Source: Octopus sinensis (taxonomy: Eukaryota). Taken from it: DNA of 64,000 nucleotides. Numbering within the stretch: position 1 is the stretch's first letter; each line of letters opens with the position of its first letter. The notes under the pieces are model-generated. The model did not search any database. It was given only the letters and a program-made list of their open reading frames with translations, and had not been told where the DNA came from. The stretch is taken from positions 2,046,001 to 2,110,000 of the forward strand of contig NC_043011.1 of NCBI RefSeq assembly GCF_006345805.1. Reading direction: 5' to 3'. The position numbers were made by a program, and so were the translations under genes. Below are positions 1 to 12,648 of this stretch, in pieces.

Positions 1-54
1 AGCAGGGGCACTAATCAGCACCAGTATTGCTATAAACAATAACAAACAGATAAG

Positions 55-326
55 CCTCACCTGGCCGCCGTGCCGGTGGCATGTAAAAAAGCACCATCCG
101 TTCGTGGCTGTTTGCCAGCTCCGTCTGGCACCTGTGCGGGTGGCACGTAAAAAGCACCCACACTCTCACGGAGTGGTTGGCGTTAGGAAGAGCATCCAGC
201 CGTAGAAACACTGCCAGATCAGACTGGGCCTGATGCAGCCTTCTGGCTTCACAGACCCCAGTTGAACCGTCCAACCCATGCTAGCATGGAAAGCGGATGC
301 GAAATGATGATGATGAGGATGATGAT
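55..326 (+). mobile_element. 5'-truncated RTE-X LINE 3'UTR fragment with (GAT)n tail
   Basis: Same sequence as the 3'UTR of the ORF-bearing LINE at 43512-45590 (ccatgctagcatggaaagcgg followed by gatgatgat). Confidence 0.85.
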
Positions 327-384
327 AGATTGTGGTTCACTACAGCTGTTTCAGATGCGTTTTTTTATTGATGAACAGAAGTGC

Positions 385-530
385 TTCATTATGTGTGTGT
401 GTGTGAGCATTTGTGTCAGTGTTTGTGCCCCCATCACCACTTGACAACTGGGTTTTGGTGTGTTTACATTCCTGTAACTTAGCGGTTAGACAAAAAAAAA
501 CCCTGATAGAATAAGTACTAGGCTTAACCA
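385..530 (+). mobile_element. CORE-type SINE, 3' part fragment
   Basis: ttgacaac...ggtgtgtttac...gatagaataagtactaggctt matches the 3' half of the copies at 27693 and 48782. Confidence 0.75.
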
Positions 531-827
531 AAAATTTTTTGAATTATAATATCCATTAGCAGTTCCATTGTTGAAGTATCAAGGAAATTCTAACGTAAAA
601 GACAACAGAAGTTACTAGTTTCATCTTTGAAGAGAAAGTGAAATAGATATGAGTCCTCAAAGAGTACAGGACAGTGCAAAGGAAGAACAAGTGCACGAGG
701 CTTGATGGTACAGTTAGTATGTATATAACATTGGACTTAAGGGAATGTATGTACATACATGTGCAAAGACATACATACACATACACACACAGACATTTAC
801 TCATATAAACCCACATATACATATACA

Positions 828-1145
828 CAGAGGCTCACCAATGAAGAAGTTCTTAAGCAGATCAGGTCAAAAATGTCGCTAGAAGCTAGGATCACCAAGC
901 ATAGATTGGCATATTTTGGTCATATTATGCGGAGAAAATCCCTGGAGAAGGACATCATGCTCGGAATGGTCAGTGGCAAGAGAGGAAGAGGCCGACCAAG
1001 AACCCGCTGGCTTGACACCATCAAGAGTGATACTGGAATGGACATAGCCAATTTGAAAGAAGCGGCCCAGGATAGAACTGACTGGAGGACGCTGATCCAA
1101 CGAGTGACCGAGAGTCGACTTCGACTGAGCGAATAGATAGATAGA
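828..1145 (+). mobile_element. 5'-truncated RTE (BovB-like) LINE: ORF2 C-terminus and short tail
   Basis: ORF 759-1136 ends RLAYFGHIMRR..LEKDIMLG..SGKRGRGRPRTRWLDTIK..AQDRTDWR, the typical RTE C-terminus, followed by an (ATAG)n tail. The N-terminal part of the ORF is microsatellite read-through. Confidence 0.92.
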
Positions 1146-1379
1146 CTCAGGGAGTAAATATGAGTCTACTGCATCTTATAGGGGAAATAGCTGTAAGTTA
1201 ATGAAGTTCATAAGATAATCATTTATTCTTTCGTCATCTCTTTCCTGATATAGATGCATGTATGTGTATGTGTGTGCTTGTGTGTGTATATATAATGTAA
1301 GGTGATATATTTGAATAAATATTTGTAGCTTTTACATTATTCTATTATTTAAACAAAGGCAATATTTCCCGCTTTATAA

Positions 1380-1585
1380 GGCAGCAAGCTGGCAGAAATG
1401 TTAGCATGCCAGGTGAAATACTTTGCAGTATTTTGTCTTTGTGTTCTGAGTTCAAATAGACTTTGCTTTTCATCCTTTCCGGGTTGATAAATTAAGTACC
1501 AGTTGTGTACTGGGGTCGATCTAATCGATTGGCACCCCCCACCCCCCAAAAAAATTTCAGGCCTTGTGCCTAGAGTAGAAAAGAA
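1380..1585 (+). mobile_element. tRNA-derived SINE family C, degenerate copy
   Basis: gctggcagaaatgttagc...ctttgcttttcatccttt..gataaattaagtaccag matches the copy at 35486. Confidence 0.75.
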
Positions 1586-1999
1586 CATTTCCTGCTTTAT
1601 TTGTTATTGTGAAGAGAAAGAAGTGATGAAGAGTTGTCTGGAATAGTTAGTAGGGAGGAATAGAAAAGGGTGGGTTAGTAGGATTATCTCATAAACCTTG
1701 GAGCAAAGTAATATTCTGAATTTTAAGCCTAGACTAAATTTGATAGAAATCATTATTAAAAATTAATCAATAAATTTATCTTCAGGAAAATTATCATTTT
1801 AGAGTTTCTTTTAATGTTGTTTACGTTTTAGTAACTTATTTCATGATGTCTATATAGCAGTGTTGGTGGGAATATTGACAGAGACGGGCTGGGGATGATA
1901 TCACTCAATATTTAGTCTTGTTTTAATTTTGAGGATTTTTTTTTTTTTTGCACTATCTTAACTGTTTTCTGTGTCTGTTAATTCTGAGAGAGTGGTTAT

Positions 2000-2399
2000 A
2001 ACTCTTTTACTCTTTTACTTGTTTCAGTCATTTGACTGTGGCCATGCTGGAGCACTGCCTTTAGTCGAGCAACTCGACCCCGGGACTTATTCTTTGTAAG
2101 CCCAGTATTTATTCTATCAGTCTCTTTTGCCGAACCGCTAAGTAGCGGGGACATAAACACACCAGCATCGGTTGTCAAGCAATGCTAGGGGGACAAACAC
2201 AGACACACAAACATATACACATACGTACATATATACGACGGGCTTCTTTCAGTTTCCGTCTACCAAATCCACTCACAAGGCTTTGGTCGGCCCGGGGCTA
2301 TAGTAGAAGACACTTGCCCAAGGTGCCATGCAGTGGGACTGAACCCGGAACCATGTGGTTGGTAAACCAGCTACTTACCACACAGCCACTCCTGTGCCT
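2000..2399 (-). mobile_element. CORE-type tRNA-derived SINE (OR2-like), full length
   Basis: Minus strand reads tRNA-like head ggagtggctgtgtggtaag..ggttccgggttcagtcc, CORE-like ccttgggcaagtg, a central microsatellite and a (AAAAGAGT)n tail. The OR2 name is from recall of the CORE-SINE literature. Confidence 0.88.
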
Positions 2400-5300
2400 T
2401 CCATATTTATTCTGAATATCAGCCTTTACTTACTGGAACATATGTGAGCTTACCTGTACTTACTGGAATCCGTACAAGGATACCTGTGTGTGTGTACCTA
2501 CTGAGATGTATGTACATTTCTTTGGGTTTTTTTTTTTTTTTTTTGGACATATGTGTATATGTAGTAATTTATGTGTGAAATTATTAAAAAGTATGATACA
2601 AAAAAGATTCTTTGTATTATGGGTTCCTGATAATGAGCATTTGTAGAAGGCAAAAATTGCATGATGTATTGAATCCCTGTATGGTCAATTATCTGGACGA
2701 AAATTACTGTGCAAGGGACGGATCTCTTATTGTAATTATACTAAATATATTATTTTAAGAAAGAAGAGAAGAAAGGAAATCATAAAGAAAATGTGTTCTA
2801 TTAGGATCTAATGTATTTCTTTGATGTTCAGCTCAGAAACTAGTTTAGGTGTCCTTTTTTAGTATTTAAGGGAGTAAGCTTACATGTGAAAACAGAGAAA
2901 TTAATTTTGTGTTTGCTCAATATTTTGATTCCAAGCTTCAAATCTGAGAGTCTTTCTAGGGTACCAGATGGTATTTATTACTTTTTAAGATAGGACCCTA
3001 CACACAAGAGTCTCCATTCAACACTATGGATTATATTATTATTTTTCAAACATCAGATGCTTTGCTAGACTGTGTCCCTGTCTTCCTTTAAGTCATCTAA
3101 ACGTGTGATTATGCTGATAGAGTAGGTTTGGAAATCATTTAGCAGTCATTCCTATACTGTTAATTTTGCTTTGATTATTTTTTCTAGCTCCAGGTCAGTG
3201 AAAGACAAGAAGATTTATAATCAAAAGCAGGTCTGCCTTATCAACTCTGTTTTTCTTGTCTGTAGGGAATCCTTTTTTAAGATTGTAGGATGTGATATGG
3301 AGGAAAATTGGTTGCTGCTTCTAGCAGATTGAGAAAACTTTAGAGGCTGCCCTTTTGACTTTATACTGTTTGGATTAGGTAAAAAGTGATAGCGATTACG
3401 TATGTATAGATTTTTAAGAGCACATGCTCTTGACTGGACATACTTATTTATTGTAGCAATTGCATTTCCAAGTTCTGATGTTGACTGGATTTTGGTGGTT
3501 CAAATTATTCTTTATTTTCTAATTAAACTAAGTAACACGTTTTGTTTATCACAATTTATTTGTTTATTAATTTCTATCTACCAGTGATATTTTTGGAAAC
3601 AATTTTAGTTTAATATTTAGTCTTTGTATAATGTAACCATAATGTTGAATTCGTTTTCGATAAATATGCTTTAGAAAGGAAACTATGACTATGCTTTAAA
3701 CTCCTTAATCACAAATGTCTATAAAAAGAAGGCACCCACGATATAAGTGGAGGTAAAATACAGAATATAGGTATCATCTCTGTCAATACTAATAGCTTAT
3801 GCATGTGGTAGCAAAAATATAATCAGGAATCAATCATTATACAGTATTTTCATATTCAAAAGCAATATCATAGCAAGGTAAAAGAAAAGAAATCAGCTTT
3901 ATGTTTAATTTACACAAATGTTTTGAAATGAATGTATTTAACAGGTAAATTAGTTGACAAACCTGTAATTTTATGTTAAATATGCTCAAAAAGTTTCTAA
4001 ATAATTGTATTTAACAAATAAAACCATTAACACAAATTTTATTTTTATTTTGCACATAGTTTAAAGATACAGGTATTTAACAAAGAAAATAAATGCTGAA
4101 CTCAAAGTATTGAACAGTTTAAAAATGAAAATTAAGTATTTTGATGACTAAACTATTCTGAATGTCTTCATTTTTTGAAATTAACACAATGCCAACATTC
4201 CACTAGCCTTGGCTCCTACTTTCCATTGTTGCAATATCTTGGTGAAATGTTTCACTGTGCTCCTTAAGTTTTAGCAGCAAAATAAAAATACAAATACAAG
4301 AAATGCACTTCTAAAGATTTATAACTGTCCATATTCATATAGTTTGCAATTATTAATAACCTTTTCCATAGGATTTCTGTAGTCAGTATCTTAGGGATTT
4401 TCTAGAAATCCATAACCTATATTACAAAATGCATACAATGCTTCCCTTTCAACTTCAGTCATCTTTCTTTCAAATGATTTTTATCTGATATCAACATTGC
4501 ACTTACTTAAGGGCCATCAAGTAGATCACCCTTGTTTTTGGTTCTTTTCAACCAAAGAAATTTGGAAATATAAGGCAGATTTCTTGAAAAGCCCCACCTT
4601 CAAAACCTAAGGTTTTTACAAACTACTTTATGAAACCCAATTTTATATGAAATGGAGGTAACAAAATATTTCTAGGCTCTATAGAAGACCATATACCAGC
4701 ATTTAATTTTCTTGGTGGTAATTTCTACCATCAGAATTATTTAATGTTCCAATTAATGATCACTAATAATTCTGCTGTCTCATAAAAATGAAACACAAAT
4801 GTTTTATATATCAGGATTATATATTTGTTGAAAATAGAATGAATTCAATGTTGAAGTCAGAAAAAGTTGAGCTGCCTGTGAACAGTCACCCTCCCATGGG
4901 GTCAGGTTTCAGTCCAACTGCAGCAGACACACCCTTCAGGTTTCTACTAACATCAATGTAAATTGTAAATTTTTGCATGCCTTTTCTGGGACTCCGTAGT
5001 CCTGCAATCTACCCTTACTGAATTCTATTCTTTTAGCTGAGAAACTGAAGAGATTCATTTCCTTTAACCTTCATGTACGTTAAAACATGAAACATTCAGA
5101 AACAGCCATGGCCACAGTGGTGATCTTTCTGTTCTTTCTATCTTTTAGGAATAGCAAAGGACATAACCCTGGTAATCCATAATCACTCTCCTAGATTAGA
5201 TCAACAGCTTCCACATTTTACATGTGAGGCCTAAAGCTTGTCTTGATCATAAGTAGCCATTTCCAAACTATTGTCTGTATGCTATCCAGAAGTTCACAAC

Positions 5301-6029
5301 TTTTACAACTTTATGTGATATCTGTTTGGTTTCAATATAATATTCACAAAAATTTCAGACTATGTTAAGCAAAACTGCATCCGCTACTTCCCATATTTAC
5401 ATTTCAAAAATTTTTTTAAAAATAAATAAATAAAACTGTAGCATGAAAATATGATTTTAGAAATGTAGATGAAAAGGTTATCCATCGCAGTGTAAGTAAC
5501 TATCCAGAAAAATAAAATTTAGAATTATAAGAGCAGATCTATAACAGTTGATGATAGAAAAACAAAACTGAGAACATTTTTTAGAATGAACACTCTAAAT
5601 ATAGAAATAGATGTTGAAAATAATTATGAGAAACAAAAGTATTTGGAAAATTTTTTAATGTAGTCTTAGATGCAAGGAAGCTGGTGAAGTGTATAAGTCT
5701 TGAGCAGCTATTTTAAATGAGTTTGAGATAAAAATATTCCCCTACTTATAACCAGGAAAAAGTGGCATCTTACAAGACTGAGAGAGGCTTTGCGTATTGG
5801 TGTGCTTATAATTATAGTGTAATAGAATGTACCACACAGACCTCCTTTTGTATGTCTCCCTTATTTGGTTGTAGATGTGTTTGCAATGTTTGATAGTTTA
5901 TTAAAAACTGTTCATAACCTTGCTGCAATGATTATAATTTGTACCTTCATCTCATTGTAGGAGACTGAAACCAATAATATGCATTTTCACAGGGAAATAT
6001 AATTGCTTTGAAGTTAGTGGTGTTGCAGC

Positions 6030-6080
6030 TATATATATATATATATATATATTTACATACATGCTTACACACACATGCAC

Positions 6081-6139
<59 letters not shown>

Positions 6140-6145
6140 CACACA
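6030..6145. repeat. (TA)n(CA)n compound microsatellite
   Basis: Directly visible; it produces the overlapping spurious ORFs at 5947-6193. Confidence 0.95.
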
Positions 6146-7919
6146 TACCAGGTAGAGAAAAATATTTTATGTATTTCAAGTTTTTGCACATAGAAAGCGT
6201 TTATTCATCATAATATAATATATCTCATCATATTTAATTGTCCTTTAACATCATTTTCCCAGAAACTCAATTCCATGCTTATATAATTTGGCTGGTTTTG
6301 AAGCAAAAAAATTCCTGCTCTTGTTTTCAACCTTATCCTCTTTACTACTCATTATCAAAGCTGCAAAGTAAAAAATAAACAGTTAATGTTATATATGAAA
6401 ATAAAGAATAAACAGTTCAGTAACAATTGCACTAGTTGTATCAAATTAATGATATAACATAGAGATACAAGTTGCCAAAAATCATAAGTGAAAATCCCCA
6501 AAACTTTTGTCTCAACCTGGTATACACAAAACATATTTTCAAAAAAATGAAATATATAGCAAGACCCACAAATAATAGATAAGTTGTGGAGATCCTATAT
6601 GTAGATATTTCAGAATAAACTGAATCCATGCTATTTTCTATTTTTGTTTAGTTTATTATATATTTTTAGCTCAATCTTTTTTTCATTAAACTTTCCATTT
6701 ATTGTTGAATCAATGTACAGTTCATTTCTTTATTATCTCTTTTATTTCTTACAAATCTGAAATGTTCTCTAAGCTACAGATATTACATTTTTATCAATCT
6801 GTGAAAACTAACACTCTTCATGCAGCATGTACACTTCTTACTTTTAAATTCCTTTTTTCTCTCTCAATAATTACGCTATCAAATTATATACCATCTATAT
6901 CACATATTTATCACAGTAAAATAATATCTATTTTGCAACAGAATGGACTCCATTAATGCTGTTTACTATTCGTACAGCCATAACTTCAAAAGAATTATAT
7001 TTCACTGCAAAAAGTGCACTATTGATTTCATCGTTTATTAATATCAGTTTTTCAAAGGAACACGAGTACAAATTATGTATATAGAGGACATATATGCAAT
7101 TAAATCTACTCTAATGCATGGAACTTATTTATTGGAATCAGAAGGGTAAAGGATAAAGTTAACTTTGGTGTGATTGAGCTCTGCTAATTAAATTAATGAC
7201 ATAAGTACAAAGCCACCTCAATTTAACGGAGTGTGCAGAGTCAATTAAATTGATTACCAAAACTTGGATGGTACTTATTTAATCAGCTAAAGAAGATGAA
7301 CTGGAAAATCAATCGCAGCTTGCTTTAAATCCAGAAAGATAGGGGATATGATGTTTTTACTGTTTAATCAGGATCACAAGCTGTGCCAAATGACCTTCAT
7401 AGATTCGTTGAGACTGTTATGATTGGTGTGGCTTATATTCAGCTTCAACATCTCTCAGTCCACTTATGAAGGGAAAATATGGGAAGGAAAGAAATTCCAG
7501 AGAATGATATTCTAGAATGGAAGGGTTGGTTAAAAGCAATGTGGGTAGAGAAACAGGTGGGATTTTTAGGTGGAGGCACAATGCAGCATACCAATTTAGA
7601 TTTGCAAATTCAATGGTGAAATGAGAAAATAAACGAAAAGAGGTAACAGTATACCTATGTGCCAGAAGTTGTAGTGTTGAGTGGGAGGGGGGAATCTCTG
7701 CTAATCGGTCAGATGACGTTTGTCTTGATACAGACAATATAAGAAGATTTCCTGGCTATGCGTAGTAATCGTATCATAGTTCTGACCCAATTGGAAGATA
7801 TTTTTGTGGTTTCAGTTCACAAAAGTGATGCAGGTTATATAATTTGAAATGTTTATGTTGCATGTGAATGATGTCAGGGTGAAGAACAGATAAAGGTTGA
7901 TTTCTTCTTTATATGAATG

Positions 7920-8345
7920 GGATCTTTTCGGTTTGAACGGCAGTTTTTAACATAATTTCTAGGTAACTAAAAAATTTGAAACTTTGTATACTGGTAGAAT
8001 GTGTTTATAAAACATCTTTTTCTCTTGGCTTTATTGAGAAAATTCTATAGTTTGTAAGATATTTGTTGTTTTTTCTCTTCAATTTCTGCAATTTCAACCA
8101 ATCAATGACCGTCTATTGAGGTGAAAACATTCTGTGCCGTATGAATATGTCCCTCATTTAAGAAACAGATTGGGTTTATTTATATTTCTGAAGAAAAAAA
8201 GATACCCTTCCCCCTAACCCTAACCCTAACTAAACCTAACCCTAAAACAGATTGAAATGCAATAGATCGATACTAGGGTCATAATTATGGGTGACAATTT
8301 CATATGATACTGCTAGAAAAAACCTCCGTTCAAACCGAAAAATCC
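7920..8345. mobile_element. MITE with ~30-bp TIRs and 8-bp TSD (Merlin-like)
   Basis: TIRs ggat(c)ttttcggtttgaacgg at 7920 and its reverse complement ending at 8345. Identical TSD tatgaatg at 7912-7919 and 8346-8353. GG..CC ends with an 8-bp TSD fit Merlin. Internal (CCCTAA)-like tract at 8211-8245. Confidence 0.75.
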
Positions 8346-9366
8346 TATGAATGAGCATCATTAGATAGTAATTAAGTCATTAATCTACCACAGAAAGAGA
8401 ACAACCAAGTTTTAAGAGTTCATCAGAATTGCTAATGTCTGATCCTTAACAGTGCACACTGTGATGAAGTGATCTCGTTTTTTTAATATATAGCTTAGTG
8501 TGAAAGAAAGTAGTGTTCACTGCTCCTTTTAAGGCTTTGGGATTGGCTAGAAAGTGGAAGGTGTCTTCACACTGGAGACTGGTCTGAATGCTTGCAACAG
8601 AGGCCATAGCAGTATTTGAACTCAGAATACAAAGACCCTGAATAAATATTAAAAAGCAACCCATCAAATACTCTAACAATTCTGCCCTGCACTGGTACTT
8701 CATCTATCTACACTGAAAGGATGAGAGGAAAATTTTCCCTCTGCTAGATTTGAACTTAGAATGTAAGGAGCTAGAATTATATTACAAACACTTCATGTTA
8801 TAGAGTGGCTGTGTGGAAAGAAGTTTGCTTTCCTGCCACCTAGTTCTTGGTTCAATTTCACTGTGCAGCATCTTAGACATGTGTCTTCTACTAAACCTTG
8901 GGAACGGATTTGGTAGGCAGAATTTGAAAGAAATTCATGTGTGTGCACACATGCATATGTCATTATCATTTCCCACTATCTCCTCCCGCAAGAGAACAAG
9001 CATTATAGTTGCCTCCATGGTCTATTCTATGTTATGTTATGAATCTATGCTAGTGGATGTACCTCATGTTAGTTCTATCAACTATACTCTTTTGGGCTGG
9101 TTTAGAATATGTTTAGAACATTATTTTGGAGATTTCCTTTTCCCAGATTGATTACTTTCACTGCAGCTAAGGAGCTACATCTACAATTACAAAAATCTAT
9201 TTATCCCAAAGATGGGACCCTGACAGGGAATACTGTTCTGAGTCATAACAGATCTGGGAGTAATGATAATGAAGGGGTGACTCCATGCTCCCCACATCTC
9301 CAGAACTCCCAAACTGAAGCCTCACTACCAGATGCAATTTAATGACATACCCAGGACAAATATACA

Positions 9367-9408
<42 letters not shown>

Positions 9409-9534
9409 AGTAGGTGAATGAATTATCCTATGTTTATCGTCAGCATGGAAAATTCGTTTAACCGAAACCTGGGTAGCAAATTCACGTCAGAAAACACGGT
9501 TGAAGCGACCTGTCAAGGGTAGAAACTCCGGGTT

Positions 9535-9616
9535 CTTTCCTGATGAGAAGATTGCATAATGCACCCTTTATTCCTTCGGAATGAAAATATGGTGTCTTCG
9601 AAACATGTGTCGAGAG
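9535..9616 (+). ncRNA. Type I hammerhead ribozyme (minimal, dimer-type), copy 1
   Basis: CUGAUGA at 9540-9546. Stem II GAAGA(9547-9551)/UCUUC(9595-9599). GAAAC at 9600-9604. Self-complementary stem III ACAUGUGU. GUC cleavage triplet ending at 9611. Stem I CUUUC(9535-9539)/GAGAG(9612-9616). Confidence 0.8.
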
Positions 9617-9673
9617 CAAAGGAATTTTGTTAACATCTTCGTTCGACTCCATTCTTTCATTTATATATATATA

Positions 9674-9707
<34 letters not shown>

Positions 9708-9836
9708 TTAAGTAGGTGAATGAATTATCCTATGTTTATCGTCAGCATGGAAAATTCGTTTAACCGAAACCTGGGTAGCAAATTCACGTCAGAAAACACG
9801 GTTGAAGCGACCTGTCAAGGGTAGAAACTCCGGGTT

Positions 9837-9918
9837 CTTTCCTGATGAGAAGATTGCATAATGCACCCTTTATTCCTTCGGAATGAAAATATGGTGTCTT
9901 CGAAACATGTGTCGAGAG
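9837..9918 (+). ncRNA. Type I hammerhead ribozyme (minimal, dimer-type), copy 2
   Basis: Identical to copy 1 shifted by 302 nt; CUGAUGA starts at 9842 and predicted cleavage is after C9913. Confidence 0.8.
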
Positions 9919-9963
9919 CAAAGGAATTTTGTTAACATCTTCGTTCGACTCCATTCTTTCATT

Positions 9964-9994
<31 letters not shown>

Positions 9995-9995
9995 A

Positions 9996-10745
9996 CATGG
10001 TGCGATGGGTAAATTGTGGCTATTTTATATTTTTAATTTTGCATACGTGCATTGTTTGTTTTTGAATTTGTTGACTACACAGTATTGTAGGGTCAGTTAG
10101 GTACCGTCTGTGAGAAACACAGTACCATGATGCAATTCACTCTGGCAGAAATTTAGAAATGACATTCTGCATTGATTGGCATTTGCATCTGAAGCTCCAA
10201 TACAAACATTTCAGAGTGTTTGGGTGTCAATCTGAGGAGATGTACCAAGAGTGATAAAAATCAAACAGCTAGTCAACATCATTATGTTTGGAGTGATCAC
10301 TAGTGATGGTGATATGCCTCCATTCATCTTTCCACATGGCCTCACACTCAACGTGGAAGCCTACATCAAGTGTCTGGAGGAGGTAGTGCTGCCCTGGGTC
10401 AAGAGGGTGGCTGCTGGAAGACCCTATGTCTGGCAACAGGACCCTGCACCATGCCACACAATCAGGAGAATGCAGTCATGACTGTCAGGCAGTTTCTGCG
10501 ACTACACCATCCCTAACATCTGGCCACCTAACTCCCCAGACTGCAACCCCATTGATTATTATGTGTGGAGCACAGTTGAGCAAGAGACTAAAAAAACTCC
10601 TTCTAACACCAAAGATGAACTGAAGGCAAGGATCATAGCAGCATTCACCAAGTTAAACAAGGAGACCATCCAGAAGTGTTGCAAGAGATTCTGAAGTCGT
10701 CTGGAGGCCATGGTTGAAGCCAATGACGATTTTATATTTGTTGAA
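9996..10745 (+). mobile_element. Internally deleted, degenerate Tc1/mariner maT (DD37D) transposon
   Basis: Reading through two stops gives ..FGVITSDGD..WQQDPAPCHT..IWPPNSPDCNPIDYYVW..NTKDELKARI..RLEAMVEANDDF. There are 37 residues between the second and third catalytic Asp, and a TA precedes the 5' end. Confidence 0.85.
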
Positions 10746-11149
10746 ATGAGACGACATTTCTTCATAATTTAGATGCAATTGGATGTGATGGAGGTGGATC
10801 TGTGTGTCTACATCAAGAATGAAGGTACTAGCATGTTAACATAGTCAATATGATTAAATCAAAACTCTAAATATTGTTATAAAAAATTACCAAGTAAACC
10901 ATATTCACTTATTACTTATTTTGTGATATCATATTACTCTAATTAACCAATCATCTTTAAAATTTGGATTCAACTTATAGGGGACTGTCTTTCATAGTTC
11001 TGTTTCTCTCATGGAATCTGTGAGCCCAAAGAACTCAATAGTGATTATATTGTTTTCCCTTTACTAAAAGTGGCTACAGGTGAGCACTTACATTTTACTT
11101 TGTAAAAGAATGCAATCTGGTGAAAATAGTCAAATCGAGTTAAGTCTTG

Positions 11150-11900
11150 AAATTTAATCTGCCAATGTTCAGGCAAAGAATACTTCAATTATTGACCATT
11201 TATGCATAAAAAAAAATGAAAAAGCTTTTAAAGTGGACAAAGAAAATTTCTCACTAACTGATGGTTGTCTGCAGGTGGAAAAGATATGACAATATTGTAC
11301 AAGTGTCTTTATGGCGAGGAAAGGAACTGATTATTTTTTTATTAGCTTAAGTTTGAATTAAGTTAGAATGTTCTAAAATTATTACTAAATATTCTTCTAG
11401 AAATATTTATAAAAATGAGGCAGGGTTCCATTTTCAAGTGATTTCTGGAGACACTTATTTGTGTAAAAATGAAAATCTTCAAATGTGTGGAGATGTCTGA
11501 AAAAGCAAAGATCTTCACCATTTTAAGGGTATCAGAAGTTTTTCTATTCATTACCCTTCCAATGCAAATGTGTGGCTGACTCCAGTTATTTTAAGAACTG
11601 GTTACATAAGTGTGATTGGAATCAAAGTGGAAAATTGTTTTGACAATTAAATGGCATACAGAAATAATTTGTCATTAAGGACATCAAAGTAATTTTCTTG
11701 CCTTCAAATGCTAAATCATTAATTCAACCGTATAACCAGAGTATTTTGAGCTTTCAAGTTGGAATATCAAAGAGAAATTTATACAGGAATTTTATTTTAA
11801 CTTGATGACATTCAAAGTAAACCTTATGCAAATGTGATTGCAAAATAGATTCCATCTTTAATTTAGTGCATATATTAGCAATACTATGGAAGTAAGGCTC
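11150..11900 (+). pseudogene. Highly degenerate pogo/Tigger (DDE_1) transposase fossil
   Basis: Frameshifted motifs: TDG-LQ-WK near 11260 (GWL.RFK.RH), YSSRNIY..EAG near 11395 (IYNADETG), and IKVIFLPSNAKSLIQPYNQ..FKLEY near 11690 (FLPPNTTS.IQP.DQG..FK.Y). Confidence 0.75.
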
Positions 11901-12319
11901 AGTGAAGATTATTTATACTTGTTTAAATAGGGTGAATTTTCTGAAACCAGCTCAGAAATTGTTATTAACAAAGACAAAAAATTATTAGAAATGAAATTCT
12001 TGATATTCAGTTCTGAAAAAATGTCTGAAAATTGTTTGTTGAAGAGGAAGTTGTAACAGCCACGACAGAAACGACAAGCTGTTACTAATGGAGACAACTA
12101 TATTAAAAAGGAATATGAAGTTTCTTTAATCAGTGTTTTATTGCAAGTAACTGTAAAAATACTTTGTTGTTGCTTGCAACAACAATCAATAGAATTTCAA
12201 GAGTAAAATGAATATGAAACGATTTGCTAATGAACTACTAAATACTAATGCTGCACAGATAAAATTGTATAATTTTAGTAAGATAAATCAAGCTTTTTAT
12301 AGTGGTTGTTTGTAACTTT

Positions 12320-12436
12320 TATCATAACATGATGATGATAGTGCTAATGATGATGATAATAATAATAATAATAATAATGATAATAATAACAACAACAACA
12401 ACAACAACAACAACAAAAATAATAATAATAATAATT
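12320..12436. repeat. (GAT)/(AAT)n/(AAC)n compound trinucleotide microsatellite
   Basis: Directly visible. Confidence 0.9.
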
Positions 12437-12437
12437 T

Positions 12438-12648
12438 ATTTCTTTATTGCCCACAAGGGGCCAAACATAGAGGGGACAAACAAGGACTGACAAAGGGATT
12501 AAGTCGATTACATCGACCCCATGGCGAGACTGGTACTTTATTTATTGACCCCGAAAGGATGAAAGGCAAGCTCAACCTTGACGGAATTTGAACTCAGAAC
12601 GTAACGGCAGACGAAATATGGCTACGCATTTTGCCCGGCGTGCTAACA
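12438..12648 (-). mobile_element. tRNA-derived SINE family C
   Basis: Reverse complement of the 35486 consensus (gaccccgaaaggatgaaaggc..gaatttgaactcagaacgt). Confidence 0.85.

Larger units (their letters stand above)
9405..9964 (+). repeat. Tandem duplication of a 258-bp unit (period 302) within (TA)n
   Basis: 9405-9662 and 9707-9964 read identical by eye; (TA)n tracts separate and flank them. Confidence 0.95.

Noticed and set aside
8211-8245. Chromosome end or true telomere
   Set aside because: Only about five imperfect units, inside a MITE.
10773-10824. Possible 52-nt exon (tttAG..GAAG|GTAC, MQLDVMEVDLCVYIKNE)
   Set aside because: Weak pyrimidine tract and donor, no partner exons, and no recognisable peptide.
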